This document shows positions 1 through 10,360 of a stretch of 64,000 nt of DNA, in pieces (positions within the stretch are counted from its first letter, which is position 1; each line of letters starts with the position of its first letter). The translations under genes were made by a program, and so were the position numbers. The notes beneath the pieces were generated by a model, which saw only the letters and a program-made list of their open reading frames with translations, ran no database searches and was not told the origin of the DNA. Source of the stretch: an uncultured Spirochaetales bacterium (GTDB lineage: Bacteria; UBP6; UBA1177); the NCBI GenBank assembly GCA_902774115.1, contig CACYHH010000001.1:604794-668793 (forward strand), written 5' to 3'.

Positions 1-56
1 ATATGCAGATACTTGACTTTTTCTGCACATAAAATTAGAATTTATATGCAGATAAG
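1..56. repeat. Cassette-boundary repeat, copy A (unit X ATATGCAGATACTTGACTTTTTCTGCACATAAA plus tail TATATGCAGATAA)
   Basis: nt 1-33 are identical to 3616-3648. Tail 43-55 equals 2094-2106. Contains inverted half-sites TATGCAGAT / ATCTGCATA. Truncated by the window edge. Confidence 0.7.
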
Positions 57-65
57 GAGGTGAAT

Positions 66-1112
66 ATGCACAAATTTGACTATTCTTTTCTGAAATACGG
101 GATGCTGCCGTCGCAGCTTGTGAACGTTACGGCGGCTATTTCTTCTCTGGAAACGGCTTCTCAATTCAGAAAGAACTCTTTTCAGAAGGTTTTTACGGAA
201 CTTGAGAGCATTGCAAAAATACAGTCGGTAAAAAATTCCAATGAAATCGAAGGGATCGTGACGAGCGACGAAAGAATTTTTCAGATCGTTCAGCAGAACA
301 GTGCTCCCAAGAACCACAACGAGCAGGAAATTTCAGGCTACCGCGATGCCCTGAATCTGATCCACTCAGGCTTTGAAACCATTCAGTTCAACGAAAACAC
401 CGTGCTCAGCCTGCACAGAACGCTTCTTGCCGCAACTGATTACAATTACGGCGGAAAATACAAAACCGATGACAACGTGATTCTTGAAATAGATGCGCTC
501 GGTAACAGAAAAGTCCGCTTCGCGCCTACACCTGCAAAAGAGACAAAAGCCGCGATGGAACAGCTTTTTCTTGCCTATATGGAAGCAAACTCCGACCCTG
601 ACATAAACGCTCTGCTCCTGATCCCGTGCGTTATCCTTGATTTTTTGTGCATCCACCCGTTCAGAGACGGCAACGGCAGAATGTCGAGACTTCTTTCCCT
701 GCTGCTTTTATACAAAAACGGTTTCGATGCCGGAAAATACATCTCTTTCGAGGAACAGATCAACAAACACAAACTTTTGTATTACCAGTCCTTGAAAGAA
801 TCTTCCGCAAACTGGCACGAAAGCAGAAACGACTATGTTCCTTTCATGCAGAACTTCCTCGGCGTTCTTTATCAGTGTTATCAGGAACTTGACAGGCGTT
901 TTGCAGTCGTAAACTCAAATAAAGTCACGAAATCGGCCCGCATCGAAGCCACCGTTTTAAATTCGCTTCTGCCTATTTCAAAAGCCGAAATCTGCCGTAT
1001 TCTGCCCGACGTGAGCCCGACAACAATCGAAGCAGTGCTCGGAAAAATGGTAAAAAGCGGGATAATAACGACTCTCGGTTCAGGACGAGAAACGAAATAT
1101 GTTAAAAAATAA
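66..1112 (+). CDS. Fic family protein (class II type with N-terminal inhibitory helix)
   Basis: Fic motif HPFRDGNGRMSR. Upstream SNEIEG fits the (S/T)xxxE(G/N) inhibitory motif. AAGGAGG lies 5 nt before the ATG at 66 (the ORF opens at GTG 60). Confidence 0.9.
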   Translation: MHKFDYSFLKYGMLPSQLVNVTAAISSLETASQFRKNSFQKVFTELESIAKIQSVKNSNEIEGIVTSDERIFQIVQQNSAPKNHNEQEISGYRDALNLIHSGFETIQFNENTVLSLHRTLLAATDYNYGGKYKTDDNVILEIDALGNRKVRFAPTPAKETKAAMEQLFLAYMEANSDPDINALLLIPCVILDFLCIHPFRDGNGRMSRLLSLLLLYKNGFDAGKYISFEEQINKHKLLYYQSLKESSANWHESRNDYVPFMQNFLGVLYQCYQELDRRFAVVNSNKVTKSARIEATVLNSLLPISKAEICRILPDVSPTTIEAVLGKMVKSGIITTLGSGRETKYVKK

Positions 1113-1152
1113 TTTTGTGTATAATGCCTTGATTTTTGTGACGGAGAAAAAA

Positions 1153-1746
1153 ATGATTTTTAAAGAATCTCAAAACTCACTCGATTGTTTTCTGAAAAGC
1201 AGACTGAATAATAATGAATTTCCGGAAAGTCTGCGTGCTTTGGAATTCGCCGAAGAAAAGCATGAAGGACAGTTAAGAAAGCCGAAAGAGCTTGGAATCC
1301 CCTATATCACCCACCCGATGACTATGGCGAGTCAGGCTCTGGCAATGGGAATAAACGATGATATTCTGATTGCAGCGATTCTTCTGCATGATGTGGCTGA
1401 AGACTGCGGAGTGCAGCCCGAAAATCTTCCGGTATGCCGTGAAGCACAGGAAATCGTGCGTCTGGTAACAAAACCGAAAAACGATTTTTCCGAAAATGAA
1501 TATTACGATGCGATTGCAGAAAATCCCAAGGCCTGTTTCGTGAAATGCGTTGACAGATGCAACAATGTGAGCGGTATGGCGTTAGGTTTTTCGCAGGAAA
1601 AAGTACGGCAGTACATTGAAGAAACTGAAACTTACTATCCGAAACTGCTGAATGTTTTAAAAGAAATTCCTGAGTACAGCAACGCTGCATGGCTGCTCGG
1701 CTACCAGATCGGCAGTCTGCTCGAAACAGCTAAAAAAATCGGTTAA
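1153..1746 (+). CDS. HD-domain phosphohydrolase, RelA/SpoT-hydrolase-like (small alarmone hydrolase-like)
   Basis: THPMTMA ... LLHDVAEDC is a His...HD signature as in SpoT-type hydrolase domains. Single domain of about 197 aa. GGAG precedes the ATG at 1153; the ORF track start at 1099 overlaps the end of fic. Confidence 0.65.
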   Translation: MIFKESQNSLDCFLKSRLNNNEFPESLRALEFAEEKHEGQLRKPKELGIPYITHPMTMASQALAMGINDDILIAAILLHDVAEDCGVQPENLPVCREAQEIVRLVTKPKNDFSENEYYDAIAENPKACFVKCVDRCNNVSGMALGFSQEKVRQYIEETETYYPKLLNVLKEIPEYSNAAWLLGYQIGSLLETAKKIG

Positions 1747-1758
1747 AATGGAGGAACA

Positions 1759-2049
1759 ATGTCATTAGGAAAGGCTATCGTAAAAGATTCCGAAACAACT
1801 CTTTCAATATCCTGCGTGGATTACAATGTTGAGGTTTTCGGCGGTGCCGACTACGAATTTACCTATATTTTTGATCGTATAAACCGTAAAAAACTGATGG
1901 ATGTTCTTCAGGCGAACGGATTAAGCGGAACTTTATCCGAAATGATAATAAAAAAATTCGGGGAACATCTTGAATTATGCGGCGTCTCGGCTTTCTGTGA
2001 TCAGCACCAAATCAAATACGAAACTCATTCACGCATAATTCCCGATTAA
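1759..2049 (+). CDS. hypothetical protein (96 aa)
   Basis: ORF 12 nt after the HD gene with a GGAGG RBS. No recognisable motif. Confidence 0.5.
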   Translation: MSLGKAIVKDSETTLSISCVDYNVEVFGGADYEFTYIFDRINRKKLMDVLQANGLSGTLSEMIIKKFGEHLELCGVSAFCDQHQIKYETHSRIIPD

Positions 2050-2052
2050 GAA

Positions 2053-2107
2053 TCTGCACATAATTGACCTTATCTGCATAAAAAATCCCAGTCTATATGC
2101 AGATAAA
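2053..2107. repeat. Cassette-boundary repeat, copy B (unit Y TCTGCACAnnnTTGACCTTATCTGCATAAAAAATCC..TATATGCAGATAA)
   Basis: Aligns with 3649-3694 and with the tail of copy A. Starts 4 nt after the stop of the 96-aa ORF. Confidence 0.7.
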
Positions 2108-2142
2108 TTGTTTTAAGAGTTCACGTAAAAATTTGAAAACAA

Positions 2143-2221
2143 GGAGATTTTGTGATATTTTACATCTCGAAGCATGGAGATTTTGTGAAAATCACCATTG
2201 TTTAAGTTGGAGATTTTGTGA
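2143..2221. repeat. 3 x 33-bp phased direct repeat with core GGAGATTTTGTGA
   Basis: Identical 13-nt cores start at 2143, 2176 and 2209 (exact 33-nt spacing). They lie directly upstream of the ATPase start at 2238. Confidence 0.85.
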
Positions 2222-2237
2222 AAAATGAGGTTCTCGC

Positions 2238-3593
2238 ATGACAGAAGTCATATTAAAAAGAAAGATTTATGAAGAATTGCTAAAATGGAAAAGAGAGTAT
2301 GCGCCTGAATATGCCTTGTTTTTAAAGGGGGCGCGTCGTGTCGGAAAAACAACGATTGCGGAGGAACTCGGAAAAAACGAATATAAGTCTTTTGTAACAA
2401 TAAACTTCCAGTCGGCAAACGATACTGTCAGAGACCTTTTCGTAAACAGTCTTCTGGATCTGGATTATTTTTTCAATGTAATCCAAATGCAATACGGAGT
2501 TAAGCTTTACAAACGCAACTCATTGATCATTTTTGATGAAATACAGCTCTACCCGTTGGCGCGCCAGGCTCTTAAAACCTTGCTTGCAGACGGAAGATAC
2601 GACTATATCGAAACGGGATCGCTGGCAGGGATAAAAAAGAAAACCGAGAGTTCGGAAATCCTTATTCCATCCGAAGAATACGCGCTGGAATTGTTCCCTC
2701 TTGATTTTGAAGAATTTCTCTGGGCAACGGGCGATGAATTTACTTTCCCGATCATAAAAAGCAGTTATGAAAACACTAAGCCGCTCGGAAAACTGCACAA
2801 AGATATTTTCAGGAAATTCCGGGAATATATGTGCGTAGGCGGAATGCCTCAGGCTGTGGTAAAATACATCCGGACAAAAGATTTTGAAAAAGTCGATTTC
2901 GCAAAGAAAGAAATTCTGGCGCTTTACCGAAACGACATCAAAAGCCAGAAGGAAGAAAGCAGCACCTATCTTGGCAATATTCTTGACAATATCCCTTCAG
3001 AACTTTCCAAACATGAAAAAAGCAGTTTCACCCTTTCCCATGTGGATAAAAACGCCAGATACCGTGAATACAGAGAGCCTCTATCGTGGCTTTCTGAAGC
3101 GATGATTGTGAATCTTGCAAGAAATGTGACAGATCCGAGTCCTGCTCTTACTCTCAGCATGGACAGCGAGCGTTTCAAGTGCTACCTGCTTGATACCGGT
3201 CTGCTTATAAACCTCAGTTTCGGTGACGGAACATTCATGGATAACGAGTTTTATAAGGCAATTCTCACAGACAGGCTTCACATAAACGAAGGAATGTTTG
3301 TGGAAAATATCGTTGCACAGTGCCTTCGCAGCAACGGGCATAAAATTCTTTTTTATATTGAATACAACAATAAAGGCAAGCCTGTGATGGAAATAGATTT
3401 CCTGATCAGGAAAGATAAAAAAGTTATTCCGATAGAAGTAAAATCAGGCAGAGAACTGGCTGCTAAATCACTCAGGAATTTTAAAACAAAATTTTCCGAC
3501 AAAGTCGGATTTCAATATGTGCTTTATGACGGAGATATAAAACGGGAGGATGAAGTAATTTTCCTGCCGTATTACATGGCGGCGCTGCTATAA
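2238..3593 (+). CDS. AAA+ ATPase with DUF4143-type C-terminal region (COG1373-like)
   Basis: Walker A GARRVGKTT and Walker B-like LIIFDEIQ. Length of 451 aa and C-terminal layout are typical of the AAA_14/DUF4143 family. Confidence 0.8.
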   Translation: MTEVILKRKIYEELLKWKREYAPEYALFLKGARRVGKTTIAEELGKNEYKSFVTINFQSANDTVRDLFVNSLLDLDYFFNVIQMQYGVKLYKRNSLIIFDEIQLYPLARQALKTLLADGRYDYIETGSLAGIKKKTESSEILIPSEEYALELFPLDFEEFLWATGDEFTFPIIKSSYENTKPLGKLHKDIFRKFREYMCVGGMPQAVVKYIRTKDFEKVDFAKKEILALYRNDIKSQKEESSTYLGNILDNIPSELSKHEKSSFTLSHVDKNARYREYREPLSWLSEAMIVNLARNVTDPSPALTLSMDSERFKCYLLDTGLLINLSFGDGTFMDNEFYKAILTDRLHINEGMFVENIVAQCLRSNGHKILFYIEYNNKGKPVMEIDFLIRKDKKVIPIEVKSGRELAAKSLRNFKTKFSDKVGFQYVLYDGDIKREDEVIFLPYYMAALL

Positions 3594-3694
3594 TCTGCAC
3601 ACAAATCACAAAAAAATATGCAGATACTTGACTTTTTCTGCACATAAATCTGCACACACTTGACCTTATCTGCATAAAAAATCCGAATTTATAT
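3594..3694. repeat. Cassette-boundary repeat, copy C (partial TCTGCACA + unit X + unit Y)
   Basis: 3616-3648 is identical to 1-33. 3649-3694 aligns with 2053-2098. The last 6 nt overlap the comM stop codon region. Confidence 0.7.
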
Positions 3695-5224
3695 CCTTTG
3701 CCCTTCATTGAACATCGAGCGGTTGTAGTATTGGATCGCTTCGGCAATGTGAGCGCATTCGATCTGTTCTTTTCCGTCAATATCTGCAATAGTTCTCGAT
3801 ACTTTGAGAATCCGCGAATATCCTCGCGTCGAAATACCGAGTTTGTCCATGGCGTTTTTGAGAAGAAGTTCGGCAGCTTCGTCAAGACGGCAGAATTTGT
3901 CGATATCCGAAGCCTGCATCTTTGAATTTGTGAAAAACGGCGAATCTTTGAAACGCTCCCGCTGCACTGCCCTCGCCTGCTCCACTCTCTCCCGGATTTG
4001 AGCACTTGTTTCACCTGTTTCGCGGCTCCTGAGATCGTCGAAAGAGACCGAATTCACGACGATAGAAATATCTATTCTGTCAAGCAGAGGTCCCGAAATT
4101 TTCTGCTGATAGCGCTGAACTGCCTGAGTCGAGCAGACACACGGCTTTTTTTTGTCGAAAAGATAGCCGCACGGACACGGATTCATAGATGCAACAAGCA
4201 TGAAATTCGCAGGATAACGGATGGTATGAGTCGCCCGCGATATCGAAACATCGCCGTCTTCCATCGGCTGCCGAAGCACTTCGAGGGCATTTCTGCTGAA
4301 CTCTGGAAGCTCGTCCAGAAACAGAACTCCGTTGTGAGACAGACTCACTTCGCCAGGTTTCGGCGGATTCCCGCCTCCGACAAGGGCGATATGCGAACAC
4401 GATGAATGAGGAGACCGGAATGGACGTTCGTTGATCAGCCCGTTTCCCTGCATAAGATTGGCAACACTGAAAATCTTTGTCGTTTCGATGCTCTCTTCCC
4501 GCTCAAGTTCAGGCAGAATAGTCGGAATACGCCGTGCAAGCATCGTTTTTCCGCTTCCCGGAGAGCCTACCATAAGAATATTGTGACCGCCTGCCGCCGC
4601 GATTTCTATCGCCCTTTTTGCCTGCTCATGACCTCTCACTTCGGCAAAATCAACTATATATTTTTTCTCTTCCGTCTTCGTTTCGGAATGAAAAAACTCT
4701 TTCGGTCCTTCCTTCAGAAGATAGAAAATATCATCGAGATTTTTAACCGTGACAACATTTATTTCCGTTATCGCGGCAGCCTCACCGCCGTTTTCTTCCG
4801 GCACGATTATTCCTTTCAAACCGCATTCCTTCGCGGTTATAGCCAGACTCAGCACTCCGGTCACAGGCTTTATTTCACCGTTCAAAGCGAGTTCTCCGAC
4901 TATCATGAAACCGTCGACTTTATCTGTTTCCATGCTGTAAATCGAGGCGATTATCGCAGTCGCGATCGGAAGATCGAAGCCTGCCCCCTCTTTTCTGATT
5001 CCGGCAGGAGCAAGATTTATCGTTATCCTGTTCTGCGGAAAAAGGTGTCCGCTGTTGATTATAGCCGTTCTAACGCGCTCCTTCGACTCTTTCACCGCAT
5101 TGTCAGGCAGCCCGACGATAGAAAATGCAGGCATTCCCTTTGAAATATCGACTTCGACATCGATTACATTTCCGTCTATTCCTGAAACCGAACCGCTTTT
5201 TAATATTGTAAACATACGACTCAC
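3689..5224 (-). CDS. comM: YifB/ComM family Mg-chelatase-like ATPase
   Basis: 511 aa. Has a Lon-like N-terminal domain, Walker A GSPGSGKTM, a ChlI-like core (VLFLDELPEF) and a C-terminal ComM-type tail. Confidence 0.9.
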   Translation of the reverse strand: MSRMFTILKSGSVSGIDGNVIDVEVDISKGMPAFSIVGLPDNAVKESKERVRTAIINSGHLFPQNRITINLAPAGIRKEGAGFDLPIATAIIASIYSMETDKVDGFMIVGELALNGEIKPVTGVLSLAITAKECGLKGIIVPEENGGEAAAITEINVVTVKNLDDIFYLLKEGPKEFFHSETKTEEKKYIVDFAEVRGHEQAKRAIEIAAAGGHNILMVGSPGSGKTMLARRIPTILPELEREESIETTKIFSVANLMQGNGLINERPFRSPHSSCSHIALVGGGNPPKPGEVSLSHNGVLFLDELPEFSRNALEVLRQPMEDGDVSISRATHTIRYPANFMLVASMNPCPCGYLFDKKKPCVCSTQAVQRYQQKISGPLLDRIDISIVVNSVSFDDLRSRETGETSAQIRERVEQARAVQRERFKDSPFFTNSKMQASDIDKFCRLDEAAELLLKNAMDKLGISTRGYSRILKVSRTIADIDGKEQIECAHIAEAIQYYNRSMFNEGQRI

Positions 5225-5325
5225 CTCAAAAACAACAAGAAAGCCGGGACAATTTTATTTATTTTTGAAAGCAAGTCAAATTTAAAATAAATATTTTATC
5301 TGTTTTTCTTTAAACAAATACGATT

Positions 5326-6372
5326 TTATGTGTAAAGGAAGAGCGAGAAAACTGCATCAATTGCAACAACCATGAATATCGAAACAACAACAGATTCCGT
5401 AGTGGCGCGACCGACTGCATCTGCTCCGCCGCGGACATTAAGCCCTTTGAAACTGCCGACTGCAAGAATTACCCACGCAAACGAGATACTTTTCATCGTG
5501 CCCCAGAATATATCCTTCATTTCGATGGATTCTATCACATCAACAAGAAATGAAGTCGGGGGAATATTGTATGCCGAAGCGATCAGGAATCCGCCGAAAA
5601 TTCCGGCGATATCGGCAATCAGCGTGAGAACCGGCATGACTGTCGTGAATGCCCAGAATTTGGGAACCAGCAGGAATTTCAAAGGCTTTACTCCCATCGT
5701 TTTGAGTGCGTCGACCTCTTCCATAACGACCATCGTACCAATTTCCGCAGCAATCGAACTTCCGGTACGCCCGGCAATGATTATCGCCGTGATAAGCGGT
5801 CCCAGCTCTTTTGTCATAACCATCGTGCTCATCATCGCGATCATGCTCTGACCGCCCATTTTGGCAAGCTGTATTGCCGCCTGCAACGCAATCGTAAAGC
5901 CGATAAGGAACGCGAGCAGGAAAACTATCGGAACAGCTAAGTAACCGATATAATAAGCGTTTTTCGTTGTATCGTTTTTAAGTATGAACTTACGGTTGAA
6001 AATCGATTCCAGCGAATAGAAAATCATGTCAACCATGATAACGAAGAAGTAGAAAATGACATCCCAGAGCTTCAGCAGCCTGCCGCCAAGTTTTTCAATA
6101 CGCGGCTCGGCAGGTTTTTCCGCATCTTCTTTTTCGCTTTTACCCTCGTCTTTCAGATAAAAAATATCGTTTTTAAGCTCTTCCGGAACTATCAGCTGGT
6201 CAGGATGTTCCTCAGCAAGCTGCCTGATGAGCGCCTTTGTTATCGAATTGAGCTGAATATTGCGGTCAACTTCGAACGCAGCACCTTTTGCAAACTGCTT
6301 TGAAAGCTCCGAAAAGGCAGCCTTGCTGTTTTCTATAGTCAAGTTATCTGGAATATTAAGTTTTTCAGTCAT
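5326..6372 (-). CDS. MlaE/YrbE-family ABC transporter permease with extended N-terminus
   Basis: The C-terminal 250 aa carry GPLITAIIIAGRTGSSIAAEIGTMVVMEEVDALKTMG, typical of MlaE. An N-terminal soluble extension of about 90 aa is present. Confidence 0.85.
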   Translation of the reverse strand: MTEKLNIPDNLTIENSKAAFSELSKQFAKGAAFEVDRNIQLNSITKALIRQLAEEHPDQLIVPEELKNDIFYLKDEGKSEKEDAEKPAEPRIEKLGGRLLKLWDVIFYFFVIMVDMIFYSLESIFNRKFILKNDTTKNAYYIGYLAVPIVFLLAFLIGFTIALQAAIQLAKMGGQSMIAMMSTMVMTKELGPLITAIIIAGRTGSSIAAEIGTMVVMEEVDALKTMGVKPLKFLLVPKFWAFTTVMPVLTLIADIAGIFGGFLIASAYNIPPTSFLVDVIESIEMKDIFWGTMKSISFAWVILAVGSFKGLNVRGGADAVGRATTESVVVSIFMVVAIDAVFSLFLYT

Positions 6373-7260
6373 TTACTTTGCCATATCTCTAACGTAATCC
6401 GCAAACTGCAAAAGGATTTTCATCCATTCGTTTTCCTTAAACGCCGAAGAAAGCGCGGCTTTTGCCTTTTCAGTCCTCTCGGCAACTGCGCGGCGGGCAC
6501 CGTCAAGTCCCATCAGAGCCGGATAGGTCATTTTGTTGAGTTCGGCATCGCTTCCTACTGGTTTTCCGAGTTTTTCAGTCGTCGATGTTATATCTAAAAT
6601 ATCGTCTGAAATCTGGAAAGCTATTCCCGCTTCGGCTGCAAAATCCTCAAGCGCCTTAACTTCTTTTTCATCCGCATCGAGCCAGGCCGCGGCACCGGCA
6701 GTAGCGGCAATGAAAAGTTCCGAAGTTTTGTAGTAGTTGATGAAATCAAGTTTTTCCGCGGTTCTTTCGTTTTCGGGAATCGTGCAGTCGTAAATCTGCC
6801 CCAAAGTCATTCCTCTGCCGCCCACAGCCTTTGCGAAGTAGCGTCCGGCACGCTTGATGTTGCCTTCGCCGAATTCGAAAAGAAGCGAAAAGGCGTCGGT
6901 ATTGAGCGCGTCTCCGGCCAGAATCGCGATATCTTCTCTGAAAGCCTTATGGCAGCTCGGTTTGCCGCGGCGCAGATCGTCGTTGTCAAGCGCAGGAAGA
7001 TCATCGTGGATAAGCGAAAACGTGTGGACAAATTCAAGGGCGCAGGCATAAGGCATGATGAGCTCTTTCGGCTTTCCGAGCATGTTGCAGACAGCTATCG
7101 AGAGAAACGGACGCAGCCTTTTTCCGCCGGCACTTAGGCTATAGGACATCGCCTCGTGCAAAACTCCGGGAATATGAAGCGAGTCAAGATAAAACTTCAA
7201 GTGTTTCTCGATATCTGCCTTCTCGGCACTGATTGCTTCCAAAAAAGTGAGCTCTGACAT
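6373..7260 (-). CDS. ispA: polyprenyl (farnesyl/geranylgeranyl) diphosphate synthase
   Basis: First Asp-rich motif is HDDLPALDNDDLRRGKP and the second is SDDILD. GGAGG lies 5 nt upstream of the ATG at 7260 (the ORF opens at 7281). Confidence 0.9.
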   Translation of the reverse strand: MSELTFLEAISAEKADIEKHLKFYLDSLHIPGVLHEAMSYSLSAGGKRLRPFLSIAVCNMLGKPKELIMPYACALEFVHTFSLIHDDLPALDNDDLRRGKPSCHKAFREDIAILAGDALNTDAFSLLFEFGEGNIKRAGRYFAKAVGGRGMTLGQIYDCTIPENERTAEKLDFINYYKTSELFIAATAGAAAWLDADEKEVKALEDFAAEAGIAFQISDDILDITSTTEKLGKPVGSDAELNKMTYPALMGLDGARRAVAERTEKAKAALSSAFKENEWMKILLQFADYVRDMAK

Positions 7261-7310
7261 TTCAGCCTCCGCAAAAATCAAAACCGCCGTAAAATAACAG
7301 TTTTGAAAAA

Positions 7311-8165
7311 CTATTCCAGTATATTTTTTATTTCTTCGATGATTTTAGTGAAACGCGGTCCTGGAAGGCTCCAGAAATCCTCGGTTTTGATAAAAACTTT
7401 GCCGTTTTTAACTGCGTTTATATCGAGGTTCGACCAGCTTTTTGCAATAAAATCGAGCTTTTCCGGGGTAAGACCGGAAGCGGTGATAATATCGATCACA
7501 ATGTCGGGGTTGAGCGAAAGGATCCCTTCGAGCTGGATTTTGGGATAAGCCATATTCCCTGAGTATGCATTTGTCGCACCGCACAAGTTGATGATTTCAT
7601 TAAGGAATCCGTCGTCACCGACTGCGTATGCGTCTTTTATCGAGCTGTTCTCGTAGTCACGCCCTACAAGAATGAGGATTTTCTTTTTTTCGCCATCTTT
7701 TTCGGCTTTTTTCAGATAAGGCTCAAATTTCGCCTTGAAATTTTTCCCCTTCTCTTCGATTTTGCAGGTCTTGGCGACTACATCTATCGAATCGACAAAA
7801 CCCTGAACGCTCGTCTGGTCCAGAATCACGGTTTTCATCCCGGCAGCATTCATTTTCGAAGCAAGTTCGCCGTATGCGCTGAGGACAAAAACGATGTCGG
7901 GTTTGAGTGCGACGACCGCTTCGCTGCTTACCGAAAAGGCTTTTCCGATTTTCGATTTGCTTTTGACTTCTTCTGGATAGTGGCAGTTTTCGGTGACGCC
8001 GACGATATTTTCGCCGAGTCCGAGGTCGAAGAGCGTTTCGGTTATGCTCGGAGCGGTGCTGACGATTCTTTTGCACGGAACTTCGCTTTCTTCTTTCGGC
8101 TTGGCAGGCTGACTGCACGCTGCAAAAACAAAAAGAACCAGAAAAAAACAGATTTTTCTAATCAT
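7311..8165 (-). CDS. ABC transporter periplasmic binding lipoprotein, BtuF/FhuD-like (cobalamin/iron-complex type)
   Basis: Lipobox FVFAAC. RIVSTAPSITETLFDLGLGENIVGV and KPDIVFV are typical of the Peripla_BP_2 family. Confidence 0.75.
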   Translation of the reverse strand: MIRKICFFLVLFVFAACSQPAKPKEESEVPCKRIVSTAPSITETLFDLGLGENIVGVTENCHYPEEVKSKSKIGKAFSVSSEAVVALKPDIVFVLSAYGELASKMNAAGMKTVILDQTSVQGFVDSIDVVAKTCKIEEKGKNFKAKFEPYLKKAEKDGEKKKILILVGRDYENSSIKDAYAVGDDGFLNEIINLCGATNAYSGNMAYPKIQLEGILSLNPDIVIDIITASGLTPEKLDFIAKSWSNLDINAVKNGKVFIKTEDFWSLPGPRFTKIIEEIKNILE

Positions 8166-8793
8166 TTTCAGCTCCGGCTTTCAATTTTTCAACCAATTTC
8201 CCGGGATCTGCACACTTCATAAAACCGCTCATAATACAAACTCCGAAAGCCCCTGATCCTATCGCTGAAGCCGCATTTTTTTCATCAATTCCCCCTATCG
8301 CGTAAACCGGAATTTTCACCGCGCGGCATACATTTTTCAAAGCGTCAAGTCCTCTCGGAAGAAGCCCTTTTTTGCAGTCGGTCGCAAAAACGTGACCGAA
8401 AGTGATGTAGGAAGCACCCAGTTTTTCCGCTTCGAGCGCATCTTCAACAGAGTGGCAGGAGACTCCGACTTTGCTGAAAAAACCTTTTTTTTCGCTGCTC
8501 AGATCCTTAAAAACGGGAAGCGGAAGATGAATCGATTTTACACCGAGCTCAATCGCCGCATCAACATAAGTATGCAGGACCGCTTCGACTTTGCGTTTTT
8601 CACAAAGTTCAACGAATTTTTTGGCCAAATCAGAATATTCGCTTTCAGAAAGATCCTTTTCACGCAGGATTATCGCCTTTACACCGCTTGAAGCGATTTT
8701 CTCAATCCTTTCAAAAAAATCACCTTTGCAAAGGCTTCTGTTGGTTACGCAGATTATGTTTCGATTATCCATCAAATTGCCGTCTTCATACAC
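8158..8793 (-). CDS. thiE: thiamine-phosphate synthase (ThiE/TenI family)
   Basis: 211 aa. ILREKDLS, SCHSVEDA, GASYITFGHVF and VYAIGGI are landmarks of the ThiE TIM barrel. Overlaps the next gene by 8 nt. Confidence 0.75.
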   Translation of the reverse strand: MYEDGNLMDNRNIICVTNRSLCKGDFFERIEKIASSGVKAIILREKDLSESEYSDLAKKFVELCEKRKVEAVLHTYVDAAIELGVKSIHLPLPVFKDLSSEKKGFFSKVGVSCHSVEDALEAEKLGASYITFGHVFATDCKKGLLPRGLDALKNVCRAVKIPVYAIGGIDEKNAASAIGSGAFGVCIMSGFMKCADPGKLVEKLKAGAEND

Positions 8794-8901
8794 AAAAATC
8801 CGTTACTTTATAATTATACTTTTAATAAAGTCGAAATTTTTTAAAAAATCATTATGATTTCCCGTTTTGTGTTTGTTCCGGATTTTTTTAAGGAGTGAAA
8901 A

Positions 8902-10263
<1,362 letters not shown>

Positions 10264-10308
10264 TAAAATCAATCAGCGTTTTTTGGAATCATAGGATAAA
10301 AGAAAGAC

Positions 10309-10351
10309 GGCGCGCTCCGGAATCAGGAAATCCCGGTAAAATCAGCGCGCC
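10309..10351. terminator. hairpin between convergent pfk and argF (possible bidirectional terminator)
   Basis: GGCGCGCT (10309-10316) pairs with AGCGCGCC (10344-10351). The U-tracts are weak. Confidence 0.4.
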
Positions 10352-10360
10352 CTAAAAGAC

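Noticed and set aside
1-3694. Calling the repeat-bounded cassettes (here and at 56754-58093) a chromosomal integron with attC sites.
   Set aside because: There is no intI or any recombinase in the window. The hairpins are only about 21-31 nt, and I cannot fit the R''/R' (RYYYAAC / GTTRRRY) core sites. I kept them as findings but not as an integron call.
4406-5143. Long antisense ORFs inside well-supported genes (4406-5143 in comM, 9709-10272 in pfk, 10811-11419 in argF, 22670-23413 in ackA, 30338-31153 in pruA, 31488-32114 in the ALDH, 33441-34133 in the 1083-aa gene).
   Set aside because: The opposite-strand genes carry clear catalytic motifs. The antisense ORFs have no motifs or RBS and are typical shadow ORFs.
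8794-8901. Expected TPP riboswitch upstream of thiE, or a cobalamin riboswitch near the BtuF-like gene.
   Set aside because: The 108-nt leader is AT-rich and lacks the conserved CUGAGA / GGGGUGC-type elements. No riboswitch-like structure is visible.
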